Positions 1 to 10,423 of a DNA stretch of 64,000 bases are shown one piece after another. Under the pieces are notes generated by a model. That model was not told the origin of the DNA. It saw only the letters and a list, made by a program, of their open reading frames with translations, and searched no databases. Positions within the stretch are counted from its first letter, which is position 1, and every line of letters starts with the position of its first letter. Origin of the DNA: Candidatus Delongbacteria bacterium (lineage in GTDB: Bacteria > CAIWAD01); the NCBI GenBank assembly GCA_963663545.1, contig OY760505.1, positions 320,001 to 384,000 of the forward strand. Reading direction: 5' to 3'. Made by a program: the position numbers and the translations under genes.

Positions 1-2
1 AG

Positions 3-89
3 CGGCTGGAGAGCTCCCTGGGCGGCATCCGCTCGCGCTACGGCGGCAGCAGCATCCGACGCGGTATCTGTGGCGGGGCGGAATCGTGA
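3..89 (+). CDS. C-terminal end of a DinB/Pol IV (ImuB-like) Y-family polymerase, truncated by the window edge
   Basis: Frame 3 reads RLESSLGGIRSRYGGSSIRRG...*, like the 'RLxxAxDxIRxRYGxxxIxR' tail of DinB proteins; lies upstream of dnaE2. Confidence 0.6.
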   Translation, partial: RLESSLGGIRSRYGGSSIRRGICGGAES

Positions 90-525
90 GCGCGTGCAGC
101 AAACGACCTCCTGAAGCGGAAAGGACGAAAGCTCCGGACCCGTGCTGTGAAGGCTCACCGCGAGTTGCAGAAGCGGCTTCTCCATGGGGCAGAGCGTGCC
201 CGAGCTCTCACGAAGAGACGCTGCATCCGGCTGCTCACGAAGGCGCGTTGCGTTTGCCGGTGCTCAGGCTTCCCTTTCTGAGGCTTCTGCGTGATACAGA
301 CAGGAGCGGGAAGGCGGATCGGCAATGAGAACCGCTGCACCAAGGCGTGTGTGCTCTGCGTGGAAGCCACGGCGAGTAGATCTGCCAAGGAGAGATCTGC
401 GGCGTGACACGCCTAAGCGAGTGGATACTTCGCGGAGGAAGCGCCTGCAGATGTAGCATCGCAGACATAGCCTCCATGAACTTGTGTCCGCACGCCGTAT
501 AAACCGGAAGGGAAGGTGATGGCCC

Positions 526-3500
526 GTGCTGCTGGAAGCCCACAGTCACTTCAGCTTCGGCGAAGGTTGCCTGTCGCCGTTGGAGCTGGCACAGGCGGCG
601 GCCAAGGCCGGTCATCGCAGTCTGGGCCTCTGCGACAACGACGGGCTCTATGGCATGGTGGAGTTCTACCGTGCCGCCCTCGCCGAAGGGCTGAAGCCCG
701 TGCTGGGGCTGCGGCTGAGTGCGCTGGCGGGTGCGCTGCTGCTGGCGCGTGGTGAGACGGGTCGCCGTGAGCTCTGTCGTCTGGCCACGCTGGCGCAACT
801 GGGTGACGAATCACCCTGGCTGCGTCAGTCTGAGGATTCGCTGCCCAAGCGGGGTCCGGGTTCGCCGCTGGATCACGCCAGTCCCTGGCAACGCACTCGC
901 GCCGAGGCCACCGGCACGGCTCAGCAGCTGCGTGAGGCCATCGCCGAGCTACAGGATTGCGAGCTGATCCTGCCTTCGCTCGAGGCACTGGCAGCACTGC
1001 GCGAGTTGCCGGGGGGCTTGAATCCAGCCTGGGTCTCCGTCGGCGTGCATCCCGTGCTGGGGCGTCAGCGGGCCAACGAAGTCTGGAGTGCCGCCCGCGC
1101 TGCGGGCCTGCCCTGTGTTCCGCACCTGCCGGTGTATCACGAAACGCCGGTCGATCAGGAGCTGCATCGGCTCTTACGCGCCATCGCCACCGGTGATACA
1201 CTGGCGCGCGCGCGTCCCGTCTGCGCATCGGGTCATCTGGTGACACCAGAGGAGCTACGCCGCCCCTTCTCCACGTTACCAGAAACGCTGCGTCGTCTGG
1301 ACGAGATGGAAGAACGCTGCCGGCTCGAGCTGGAACTGGGCCGTCTGCACATGCCCGATCCCGAACTGCCTGCGGGCGTGAACGCCACCGACGTACTCTG
1401 GGAGCGCTGTCTGCGCGGCCTGCGACAGCACTATCCCGCTCCCGGCCCCGATGGGCTGCCGGTATCACAGGAAGAAGCCGCCCTGCGCCTGCAGCGCGAA
1501 GTGCGTGTGATCGACGCCATGCACTTCTCCGGCTACTTCCTGGTGGTGGACGAGATTCTGGATTTCGCGCGCGAGAACGGCTTGCCCTGGGTGGGGCGCG
1601 GCAGTGCGGCCAACAGTCTGGTGGCCTACTGTCTGGGCTTCACGGAGGTGGACCCCATCCGGCACAAACTCTACTTCGAGCGCTTCCTCAACCCGCAGCG
1701 CAGCAGTCCGCCGGACATCGACCTGGACTTCAGCTGGACCGACCGCGACCGCGTGCTGGCCAACGTCTACCACCGCTTCGGTCACGAGCGCGTAGCGATG
1801 ATCTGCACCACCATCACCTTCGGTCCCCGGGCCGCGGTGCGGGAGACAGCCAAAGCCATGGGCATCGGCGGTGACGGGCTCAAACGGCTTACCGACAATC
1901 TGCCCCACTCGGCGCGCGACCTACAGGAGATGCTGGCTGAGGAAGGACAACCGCGCCTGCGCGCGCGCGGCCTGCGGCCGGATCTGGAGCCCTTGGCGAG
2001 CGTGCTGCCTTTTGCCTTACGACTGATGGGACGCCCACGCCACCTAGGTATTCACGCGGGCGGCATCGTGGTCAGTCCGGATGCGGTCTACGAGCGCATG
2101 CCGCTGCAGCGGGCCAGCAAGGGACTGTGTGTCACGCAGCTCGACATGCACCCGGTCGAGGAGCTGGGCCTGGTCAAGATCGACCTGCTGGCCCAGCGCG
2201 GTCTGGGCGTCTACAGCGATCTGGTCCGCGATCTGGAGCAGCGCGGGCTGCCGCCGGTGCCCTTCAGCGTCGAGGAGCTGGAAGCCGACCCCGCGGTGCA
2301 GTCGATGATGGCCGAGGGGCGCAGCATGGGCTGCTTCTATATAGAAAGCCCCGGCATGCGCGCGCTCCTGCGCAAACTGCGCTGCGCCGACTTCGGCACC
2401 CTGGTGGCCGCCAGCTCCATCATCCGTCCCGGCGTGTCCGAATCGGGCATGATGCAGGCCTATATCGAACGGCACCTGGATCCCGCCAAGGCCCACTACC
2501 TGCACCCGCGCCTGCAGGAGGTGCTCGCCGACACCTACGGCGTGATGGTCTACCAGGAGGACGTGATCAAGGTGACCCACGCGCTGGCGGGCATGGACCT
2601 GGCCGAGGGCGATCTGCTGCGGCGTGCGATGTGCGGCAAGAGCACCGAACCCGGCGCACTGGCCCGTACCCGCAAACGCTTTCTGGACGGCTGCCGAGGC
2701 AACGGAATTGAAGACGCCATCGCACTGGAAGTCTGGCGGCAGATCCGCAGCTTCGCGGGCTACGCCTTCTGCAAAGCCCACAGTGCCAGCTTCGCCGTGC
2801 TCTCCATGCGCGTGGCCTGGATCAAGGTGCATCATCCCGCCGAGTTCATGGCCGCCGTGCTCAGCAACCAGGGCGGCTACTACGGCTGCGCCGCCTACGT
2901 GCAGGAAGCGCGCCGCATGGGACTGCGACTGTTGCCTCCCGATGTATCACACGGCGACGGTGTCTGGAAAGGAAGTGGCAACACCTTGCGCGTCGGACTG
3001 GCCCAGGTGGGCAGCCTCAGCTCCGCCGCCCTGCGACGACTGCTGCGGGAGCGTGCGCGAGCGCCCTGGCGCGGAATTCGAGATCTGCGCCGCCGCACAG
3101 GGTTGGCCCAGGACGAGTTGGAAGCGCTGATCCTTTGCGGTGCCTGCGACAGTCTGGGGGAACCGGGCGAGGACAGCCGCCACTTGCGTCCACGCCTGCT
3201 CTGGGCCGCCCGACTGGAACAGCAGACGCCCGCAGACGAAGGCTTGCTGCCTCTGGACGATCTTCCCGCTGTGCCCTCCTCCCTGATGCTCAGCGGGCTG
3301 GAGCTCTGGCAGCACGAGCGCCGCCTGCTGGGCTTCGGTGTGCATCACCATCCGCTGGCGCTCTACGACTTCGGCGAGCTGCCCGCGCACTGCGTCGACT
3401 CCCGCGAACTGCGCAACAGGCCCGCCGGGACGCGCGTCTGCATGCTGGGCTGGAACTACTCGCGCAAGGTGATCCTCACGCGCAGCAAGGAGCAGGCGCA

Positions 3501-3843
3501 ACCGCTGCCCATCGACGCGAACGACGATGCCCGTGCTCCAGCGCGTCTACCTACCGTCGCTGCGGCCCCAGTCTTAGCCGAATCCGCCCGGCGTCGCGAA
3601 GCCATGTCCTTCCTTTCTATGGAAGACCTGCAGGGCACCTGGGAGGCGGTGCTTTTTCCGCGCGTCTACGAACGCCATCAGCTCCTCTGCCGCGAACACG
3701 GTCCCTTTCTGTTGGAAGGCAAGGTCGAGTACGAGGCGGGCGAGGCCATGCTCATCGTCAGTGACATGCGCCGCATCGGGCGATTACGTCAACTCAACAG
3801 AACGCTGGCACATGGACAGGTTGAGGAATCTTTGACAACTTAG
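526..3843 (+). CDS. dnaE2: DNA polymerase III alpha subunit, error-prone DnaE2 type
   Basis: PHP motif HSHFS, GRGSAANS, catalytic PDIDLD, FAGYAFCKAHS, C-terminal OB fold; 1105 aa; follows a DinB-like gene. Confidence 0.85.
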   Translation: MLLEAHSHFSFGEGCLSPLELAQAAAKAGHRSLGLCDNDGLYGMVEFYRAALAEGLKPVLGLRLSALAGALLLARGETGRRELCRLATLAQLGDESPWLRQSEDSLPKRGPGSPLDHASPWQRTRAEATGTAQQLREAIAELQDCELILPSLEALAALRELPGGLNPAWVSVGVHPVLGRQRANEVWSAARAAGLPCVPHLPVYHETPVDQELHRLLRAIATGDTLARARPVCASGHLVTPEELRRPFSTLPETLRRLDEMEERCRLELELGRLHMPDPELPAGVNATDVLWERCLRGLRQHYPAPGPDGLPVSQEEAALRLQREVRVIDAMHFSGYFLVVDEILDFARENGLPWVGRGSAANSLVAYCLGFTEVDPIRHKLYFERFLNPQRSSPPDIDLDFSWTDRDRVLANVYHRFGHERVAMICTTITFGPRAAVRETAKAMGIGGDGLKRLTDNLPHSARDLQEMLAEEGQPRLRARGLRPDLEPLASVLPFALRLMGRPRHLGIHAGGIVVSPDAVYERMPLQRASKGLCVTQLDMHPVEELGLVKIDLLAQRGLGVYSDLVRDLEQRGLPPVPFSVEELEADPAVQSMMAEGRSMGCFYIESPGMRALLRKLRCADFGTLVAASSIIRPGVSESGMMQAYIERHLDPAKAHYLHPRLQEVLADTYGVMVYQEDVIKVTHALAGMDLAEGDLLRRAMCGKSTEPGALARTRKRFLDGCRGNGIEDAIALEVWRQIRSFAGYAFCKAHSASFAVLSMRVAWIKVHHPAEFMAAVLSNQGGYYGCAAYVQEARRMGLRLLPPDVSHGDGVWKGSGNTLRVGLAQVGSLSSAALRRLLRERARAPWRGIRDLRRRTGLAQDELEALILCGACDSLGEPGEDSRHLRPRLLWAARLEQQTPADEGLLPLDDLPAVPSSLMLSGLELWQHERRLLGFGVHHHPLALYDFGELPAHCVDSRELRNRPAGTRVCMLGWNYSRKVILTRSKEQAQPLPIDANDDARAPARLPTVAAAPVLAESARRREAMSFLSMEDLQGTWEAVLFPRVYERHQLLCREHGPFLLEGKVEYEAGEAMLIVSDMRRIGRLRQLNRTLAHGQVEESLTT

Positions 3844-3873
3844 GCGCGACCCGAAACCAAATCCGGAGCCCTC

Positions 3874-5709
3874 GTGAAGCATCTCGCCCATTCCCTCCTA
3901 CAAGTCTGCCGCAAGCATCCGCGTCGCACCGCCATGCGCTGGCAGCAGGATGGCCGCTGGCATCGTCTGCACTACGTCGAGGTCAGTCAGCGTGTACGCC
4001 GCATCGCCCGTGGTCTGCGCGAAGTGGGCGTAGCTTCCGGCGATCGCGTCGCCCTGCTCTCGGCCAACATTCCGGAATGGAGCCTCTGCGATTACGCGCT
4101 GATGAGCTTGCACGCCGTCAGCGTCCCCCTGTTCACCAGCACATCCTCCGCGCAGATCACCAGTCTGCTGGAGGACTGCGACGCGCGCATTCTGCTGGTG
4201 GCCGGTGAGGAGCCCGCGCGCCGCGCGCTGGAAGTGCTGGATCAGGGCAAGCTGGACTACCTGGTTTTCCTGGACGGCGAACCTGCTGGCCTGACCCCCG
4301 AACAGCATGTACGCGTGCGCACGCTGGAAGAGCTCGAAGAGAAGGGTGAGCTGGACGAGGAGGAACTGCTTCGTGATCTGGCGCAGTCCGATCCCGAGGA
4401 GCTGGCCACGCTGATCTACACTTCGGGCACCACCGGCAATCCCAAAGGCGTGATGCTGAAGCACAGCAATTTCTTTCCCGAGATACACGCCATTCGCGAA
4501 CTCTTCAGCATTGATCATCGCGAGCGCAGCCTCTGCTTCCTGCCGCTGAGTCACGTCTTTGAGCGCGCCTGGACGCTACTGATGCACAACCACGGTTCCT
4601 GTGTCACCTACCTGGCCAATCCGCGCGACATCGCCGAGGCGCTACCCCGGGTCAAGCCCAACGTGTTCTGCAGTGTGCCGCGTCTTTTCGAGAAGGTGCA
4701 CGATGTGATACACGAGCGTATGGACGCTGCGCCTGCGCGCAAGCGCCGCATCTTCCAGTGGGCCACCGCCCAAGGCCGCATGTATCACGGACTGGAAGGC
4801 GCTCCCGCCGACCGCAGCCTGCGCAGGCGTATCACCTATCGCATTGCCGATCTGCTAGTCCTGCGTCGCATTCGCGCTGCACTGGGCGGACAGAAAAAGG
4901 TGTTGGCCGCAGGCGGAGCCGCGCTGGCACCCCATGTATCACGCTTCTTCCACAGCGCCGGTCTGCTGATTCACCAGGGCTACGGGCTCACCGAAACCGC
5001 GCCGCTGGTCACCTGCAACACGGCGGCCGATCACCGTCACGGCAGCGTTGGCCGACCGGTTCCCGGCGTCGAGGTGCGCATCAGCACCGAGGGCGAGATT
5101 CTGGTGAAGGGACCGAACGTCTCCACCGGCTACTGGAACCGCCCAGAGGAAAACGCAGCCACCTTCCGCGACGGCTGGTTCCACACCGGCGACATCGGCC
5201 ACTTTGACAGCGAAGGCTACCTGAGCATCACTGGCCGCTGCAAGGAGTTGATCGTCACCTCCGGCGGCAAGAACGTCGCCCCGCAGCTCATTGAAGAAGC
5301 CCTGACCCGCGATCGCTACATCGAGCAAGCCAGCGCCGTCGGCGACGGCCGCCAGTTCATCGCCGCGCTGGTGGTACCTACCTTCTCCGCCCTCGAGGAG
5401 TTGGCGCGCGAGCAGCAGTGGCAGTTCGCCAACCACGAAAGTCTGTTGCGCATGCCCGAGGTGCTGGATTTCTACCAACAGCGCATTGCCACCGCCTGTC
5501 GCGACTTGGCCGATCACGAGGCCGTGCGACGCTTCACACTGCTGCCCCAGCAGTTCAGCGAGGTCGCCGGCGAACTGACGCCAACGCTGAAGCTGCGCCG
5601 TCACGTCATTACCAGACGCTACGAAGAGCTGATCGAGTCCATGTATAAGCAGTCGCGCCAGATGCTGGGCGAGAAGCAGCGTGGTCTGGATTCGCAGGCA
5701 AGTCGCTAA
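3874..5709 (+). CDS. Long-chain fatty-acid--CoA ligase (AMP-dependent synthetase)
   Basis: YTSGTTGNPKG, GYGLTET, GWFHTGDIG and ELTPTLKLRR motifs. Confidence 0.9.
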   Translation: MKHLAHSLLQVCRKHPRRTAMRWQQDGRWHRLHYVEVSQRVRRIARGLREVGVASGDRVALLSANIPEWSLCDYALMSLHAVSVPLFTSTSSAQITSLLEDCDARILLVAGEEPARRALEVLDQGKLDYLVFLDGEPAGLTPEQHVRVRTLEELEEKGELDEEELLRDLAQSDPEELATLIYTSGTTGNPKGVMLKHSNFFPEIHAIRELFSIDHRERSLCFLPLSHVFERAWTLLMHNHGSCVTYLANPRDIAEALPRVKPNVFCSVPRLFEKVHDVIHERMDAAPARKRRIFQWATAQGRMYHGLEGAPADRSLRRRITYRIADLLVLRRIRAALGGQKKVLAAGGAALAPHVSRFFHSAGLLIHQGYGLTETAPLVTCNTAADHRHGSVGRPVPGVEVRISTEGEILVKGPNVSTGYWNRPEENAATFRDGWFHTGDIGHFDSEGYLSITGRCKELIVTSGGKNVAPQLIEEALTRDRYIEQASAVGDGRQFIAALVVPTFSALEELAREQQWQFANHESLLRMPEVLDFYQQRIATACRDLADHEAVRRFTLLPQQFSEVAGELTPTLKLRRHVITRRYEELIESMYKQSRQMLGEKQRGLDSQASR

Positions 5710-5846
5710 TCCGCCCGAGGCGCATTTTCTGGCAGAGTTTACACTGTGCAATTTCCTGCAGTGGAAGTCGCGCAGCTCTGGGCGCCGACCTACATTCTAT
5801 TGTTGTTATTTCATCACTTATCTCACATTGTTTTCCCACTGGACAG

Positions 5847-5860
5847 GGCACGAATTTTGC
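5847..5860 (+). promoter_or_regulatory. Sigma-54 (-24/-12) promoter of C25 protease 1
   Basis: GGCACG-AATT-TTGC matches (T)GGCACG-N4-TTGC, ~65 nt before the ATG. Confidence 0.7.
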
Positions 5861-5876
5861 GCCCTACTTAGCCTAC

Positions 5877-5898
5877 TCTGAATCGTGGGACGTTCAGA
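5877..5898. promoter_or_regulatory. Inverted repeat TCTGAA-N10-TTCAGA in the leader (operator or leader hairpin)
   Basis: Conserved before both C25 paralogs although the flanking DNA differs. Confidence 0.45.
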
Positions 5899-5924
5899 AT
5901 AAAATCTAGCCACAGGGAGACGCC

Positions 5925-8900
5925 ATGAGAGGTCGTTCTCTACTGCTCTGTGCAAGCTTGTTCTGCCTAAGCGCTCCGGCTTGGGCTGATCATCTGCAGT
6001 TCAGTTATCAACTTCCCGATCCGCAGGTTGCAAACAGCGATACAGGCATGATGCTGAATCTGCCGGGCGCCCATCGTCACGATGTGGCCGGCGCTCCGGA
6101 CCTGCCCGTTTGGCCGATGCGTCTGCTTCTGCCAGCGGGACACGAAGCCCTTTCGCTCAGCGTGCGCTACGAGGACGTGGAGCTTCAGTCCATCGACCCG
6201 CTGCGCCCGCACCAGCAGGACTTCCCCATTTCGCAGCGCCAGCTGGCCACTCGCACCGCACCCGATGCGGACCTCTACGGCAGCGACGCCTTCTGGCCCG
6301 CCGTCGACAGTGCGAACCTGAGCACTTCGGCCGAGGACGGCCACTGCATCGCGCTTGCCGACCTTTACCCGCTGCGCTACAATCCGGTGAGCGGCGAACT
6401 TTCCATCGCGCATCGCATTGTGGTCGAGGTGGAAACCGCAGCCAACGAGCGCTTCCTGCCCCCGCGCGCGGATCATTTGCGCGAGGTGCGCGCCCACGTG
6501 GACAATCCCCAGGCGCTGGCCACATATCAGTACGCGGACGAGGCTTCGCGCACGGACGATGTGGAAATGCTGATCATCACCGACGACTATTTCCTGCCCG
6601 CCTTTCAGCTCTTGGCCGACTACAAGAACAGCCTGGGCCTGAGCTGCGAAATCCAGTACATCATGGACATTCTGGATGCACAGGATGGACGCGACAACGC
6701 CGAGCGCCTGCGCAACCATCTCATCGCCCAGTACGCCACGCGCAATGTGCGCTACGTGCTGCTTGGTGGTGACACGGAGTACATTCCCCTCCGCAGCCTT
6801 TACGTGGACACCGGCGGCGGAACCGCCGACCACCTGCCCTCCGACTTCTACTATGCGGCGCTGGACGGCGACTGGAACGCCGACGGAGACAGCCGCTGGG
6901 GCGAGCCCGGCGAAGAGGACTGGTACGCCGAACTGGCCGTTGGCCGTGCGGGCGTCAGCACCTTGGCCGATGCACAGAATTTCGTGCATAAGCAGATTTC
7001 CTATCAGGACGATCCGGTTACCGCCGATGTGTCAAGCTACCTGCTTGTGGGTGAGCAGCTGAATGACGATCCCGTCACCTGGGGCGGCGACTGCAAGGAC
7101 GAAGTGGCCGACGGCAGCAGCAATTGGGGCATGACCACAACAGGTTTCCCAACTACGGTGGGCGTCACCACCCTTTACGATCGTGACCACTTCTGGGCCA
7201 ACACCGAGCTTTTCTCGGCCCTGTCGGCTGGCGTGAACTTCAGCAATCACCTGGGCCATTCGAACTGGAACTACGTGATGAAGTTCAGCAATGACGACGT
7301 CACCACCAGCAATTTCCCCAGCAATGGCGATTCCCACAGCTACCATTTGGGCTACAGCCAGGGTTGTATTCCCGGTGCTTTTGATGAAGATGCCTGCATT
7401 CTGGAGCGCCTGACCAACCTGAGCACCGGCTACGCGGCCTTCATCGGCAACTCGCGCTACGGCTGGTACTCGCCCGGCCAGACCAGCGGACCCAGCCAGC
7501 TCTTCGATCGCCAGTTCTTCGATGCCCTCTTTGGCGAAGGCATTCGCGAGCTGGCTGCCGCCAACAACGACAGCAAGCACGACCTGGTCAGCTGGGCCAA
7601 CAGCCAGGGCACCATGCGCTGGTGCTACTACGAACTGAATCTCTTCGGCGACCCCAGCCTGATTCCCTGGAGTTCGCCCCCCTGCATGCTGCAGGTGTTC
7701 GCCGACAATCAGGTTCTGCCCGGCACCAACAGCATCGACCTTTCGATCAGTGTGGCAAGCCAATCCCCCGAGGGAACCCGCGTAGCGCTGCTGAATGAGG
7801 ACGGCACCCTTCTGGGCGCAAGCACCGCAGACGCCGCGGGCGATGTGCAGCTGCTGCTGGACACTCCCATGACCGAGGTTGTCGACTACGAGCTGGTGGT
7901 TTCGGGCTTCAACCTGCGCACTCATCGTGAGACGATTACGCTGATCGAGCCGGAGAACGCGCACCTGGCCTCTTCCGCCATGAGCTTCACCGACAGCAAC
8001 GGGAATGGAGTGATGGAGGCCGCCGAGCCCTGTGCCCTTCAACTGACGCTGACAAACTACGGAAACACCGATGCGCACAACGTAGTGCTGACTCTGCTGA
8101 CCAGCGACAATTATGCTGTGACACAGGGCAGTCTGATCTGCGGCACCATTGCCGCCGGTGGCAGTGCAACCCCGGGTGGCACGCTGCAGCTTATCCCCGC
8201 TTTCTCACTTGCCGATGGCGCCGTCCTCAGCTTGCAGTTTGAAGCCGTGGCCGACGAGGGAAGCTGGGAGTTCGAACTGCGTCAGACGGTGCAGAGCCCG
8301 GTCTTCGGTCTGGGCACTCTGCTTGCCCAGGACGGCAGCAACGATCACCTGGACCCGCAGGAAAGCACAAGCCTGGTTCTCGAGCTGCTCAACAACGGTG
8401 AAGGCAGCTACCTGAACGGCAGCGCCACCCTGCTCTGCAGCACTCCAGGCGTGACAATTACCAGTCCGGCACAGCAGGTGGGCAATCTGGCCTACGGTGA
8501 AAGCCAGTCTTTGAGTTTTGCCATGAACATTGGTGGTGCGCTGCAAAACGGCGACAATCTGGAGTTCACCTTCCAGGTGCACGACGCCCAGAGCAACCTG
8601 CGCTACGAGCAGGTGCTTCAGCTTCAATTGGGCGATGTGGAAGTGGGCTACGAGAGCGGTGCCCTGGATGAACTCAACTGGGAAAGCGAGGGTGCTTCCT
8701 GGTCGGTGACATCCAGCGGAGCCGCGGAGGGCAGTTACTGCGCACGCAGCGGATCCATCGGACACAACAGCCGCAGCGTGCTCTACGTCGAGCGTTGGTT
8801 TGATTGTATCACGCAGGTTGCCTTCCAGTACAAAGTCAGCTCCGAACAGGGCTTCGACTTCCTGCGCTTTGAGGTGGATGAAGTTCCGGTGGCTTCCTGG

Positions 8901-10106
8901 TCCGGCGAAGTGGACTGGTCGGAGTACAGCTACAATGTATCACCGGGTTTCCATCGCATCGGCTGGCGCTACGCCAAGGACGGCGGAGCCGTTGAGGGCA
9001 ACGACTGTGCCTGGCTGGACGCACTGCAACTGGGACCTGCGCCCCAGGCACGTATTGCCTGTGACACAGAATCCATCAACCTGACCCTGGCAGCGGGTGC
9101 CAGCACGACCCTTGAACTGGCCCTCAGCAATCCGGGTAGCGACGAACTGCACTGGCAGGCCATGGCCCTGGCACAAAGCGTGCGCTCCTTCTCCGACGAT
9201 ATGGAAGACGGTGACGGCGACTGGACGCACGATGGCACCCACGACAACTGGCACCGCAGCACTCAGCGCGCCTACTCCGGCAGCACCTCCTGGTACTGCG
9301 GCGTTGAGGGCGACGAATACCAGAATGACACCCACTCCTGGCTGATTAGTCCTGCCTTCCTTGTCGAGCCCGAAGCCACTTTCGGCTTCCGTCACTGGAT
9401 TGATATGGAAATTGCCAGCGCCACTCACGCCTGGGACGGTGGTCTGGTGGAGATCAGCCTTGAGGGCAGCGACACCTGGACGGTGATCAATCCGCTGGGC
9501 GGTTATCCCTACCTGGTGGAGCCCAACGAAGACTCGCCCTTTGACGCCAACACGCCGGTCTTCTCCGGTAGCGTAAACTGGGAACTGGCCGAATTCGATC
9601 TGGCGGATTACGCCGGGCAGATCGTGCGCGTACGTTTCCGCTTTGGCAGTGACGCAGCCGTCACTGAAGAAGGCTGGTACATCGACGATGTGAGCCTCAG
9701 CGGCATTGGCGTAGATTGGCTGAGCATCGATCCCACCAGCGGCACGGTGCTACCCGATGGATCACAGACGCTAACCCTTAGCGTGGATGCTACGGATCAA
9801 GAACCTGGTGCACTGGAAGCCGTGCTGCTTTTTGTTAGCGACGCGGTCAATGCACCAAGTCTTGCGGTGCCCGTGAGTCTGGTGGTGGGCATGACCGATC
9901 CCATCAGCGATCTGCGTATCACGCTGGCTACACCAATGCTGCAGCTTCAGTGGTCGGCACAGAGCGGGGCGCTGAGTTACCTCATTCAGCGGTGCAGCGA
10001 GCCCTACGGCACCTACAGCACTGTGGGCACCACGACTGACACTTTCTGGCAGGAGCAGATCCCGCGCTCTTCTGCCGCCTATTACCGGGTAATTGTCGAG
10101 CGCTGA
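5925..10106 (+). CDS. Gingipain-like peptidase family C25 with propeptide, Ig-like and jelly-roll (immune inhibitor A/cleaved-adhesin-like) domains
   Basis: Signal peptide, YVLLGGD, SDFYYA, AVGR, NHLGHS (catalytic His), SQGC (catalytic Cys), LNLFGDP. Confidence 0.88.
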   Translation: MRGRSLLLCASLFCLSAPAWADHLQFSYQLPDPQVANSDTGMMLNLPGAHRHDVAGAPDLPVWPMRLLLPAGHEALSLSVRYEDVELQSIDPLRPHQQDFPISQRQLATRTAPDADLYGSDAFWPAVDSANLSTSAEDGHCIALADLYPLRYNPVSGELSIAHRIVVEVETAANERFLPPRADHLREVRAHVDNPQALATYQYADEASRTDDVEMLIITDDYFLPAFQLLADYKNSLGLSCEIQYIMDILDAQDGRDNAERLRNHLIAQYATRNVRYVLLGGDTEYIPLRSLYVDTGGGTADHLPSDFYYAALDGDWNADGDSRWGEPGEEDWYAELAVGRAGVSTLADAQNFVHKQISYQDDPVTADVSSYLLVGEQLNDDPVTWGGDCKDEVADGSSNWGMTTTGFPTTVGVTTLYDRDHFWANTELFSALSAGVNFSNHLGHSNWNYVMKFSNDDVTTSNFPSNGDSHSYHLGYSQGCIPGAFDEDACILERLTNLSTGYAAFIGNSRYGWYSPGQTSGPSQLFDRQFFDALFGEGIRELAAANNDSKHDLVSWANSQGTMRWCYYELNLFGDPSLIPWSSPPCMLQVFADNQVLPGTNSIDLSISVASQSPEGTRVALLNEDGTLLGASTADAAGDVQLLLDTPMTEVVDYELVVSGFNLRTHRETITLIEPENAHLASSAMSFTDSNGNGVMEAAEPCALQLTLTNYGNTDAHNVVLTLLTSDNYAVTQGSLICGTIAAGGSATPGGTLQLIPAFSLADGAVLSLQFEAVADEGSWEFELRQTVQSPVFGLGTLLAQDGSNDHLDPQESTSLVLELLNNGEGSYLNGSATLLCSTPGVTITSPAQQVGNLAYGESQSLSFAMNIGGALQNGDNLEFTFQVHDAQSNLRYEQVLQLQLGDVEVGYESGALDELNWESEGASWSVTSSGAAEGSYCARSGSIGHNSRSVLYVERWFDCITQVAFQYKVSSEQGFDFLRFEVDEVPVASWSGEVDWSEYSYNVSPGFHRIGWRYAKDGGAVEGNDCAWLDALQLGPAPQARIACDTESINLTLAAGASTTLELALSNPGSDELHWQAMALAQSVRSFSDDMEDGDGDWTHDGTHDNWHRSTQRAYSGSTSWYCGVEGDEYQNDTHSWLISPAFLVEPEATFGFRHWIDMEIASATHAWDGGLVEISLEGSDTWTVINPLGGYPYLVEPNEDSPFDANTPVFSGSVNWELAEFDLADYAGQIVRVRFRFGSDAAVTEEGWYIDDVSLSGIGVDWLSIDPTSGTVLPDGSQTLTLSVDATDQEPGALEAVLLFVSDAVNAPSLAVPVSLVVGMTDPISDLRITLATPMLQLQWSAQSGALSYLIQRCSEPYGTYSTVGTTTDTFWQEQIPRSSAAYYRVIVER

Positions 10107-10134
10107 AGCGCGTATCACACAAGTCGAGTTCCCC

Positions 10135-10167
10135 GGGGTCGCGAGGATTTCCTTCGCGGCCCCTTTT
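10135..10167 (+). terminator. Intrinsic terminator
   Basis: ggggtcgcgagg/ccttcgcggcccc stem followed by tttt. Confidence 0.65.
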
Positions 10168-10173
10168 GCTTCA

Positions 10174-10222
10174 TCGATACCGATCCGACGCCGATGGTGT
10201 CGGCACCGATAGCGATAGCGAT
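10174..10222. repeat. Hexamer (ccgata/gcgata) repeat patch with a ccgac..gtcgg hairpin
   Basis: tcgataccgatccgacgccgatggtgtcggcaccgatagcgatagcga; same family at 43.5 kb and 55.6 kb. Confidence 0.55.
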
Positions 10223-10343
10223 TTAAGACAGGCTTAACACTCCCGTCATTTCTCCGTGCAGAGCAGCAAGAGTCCAACCTTCGCAGAACTCGTTCAATAC
10301 TGTAGTTTCAGCACTTAGCAGCGACCCGCGCCTCCAAGCTGAG

Positions 10344-10357
10344 GGCATGAAATTTGC
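10344..10357 (+). promoter_or_regulatory. Sigma-54 promoter of C25 protease 2
   Basis: GGCATG-AAAT-TTGC at the same relative position as before paralog 1. Confidence 0.7.
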
Positions 10358-10374
10358 ATCATTAATGGATCTAC

Positions 10375-10396
10375 TCTGAATCGTGGGACATTCAGA
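10375..10396. promoter_or_regulatory. Second copy of the TCTGAA-N10-TTCAGA inverted repeat
   Basis: ctactctgaatcgtgggacattcaga versus ctactctgaatcgtgggacgttcaga. Confidence 0.45.
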
Positions 10397-10423
10397 TGAC
10401 ATTCATAGACACGGGGAGACCTC

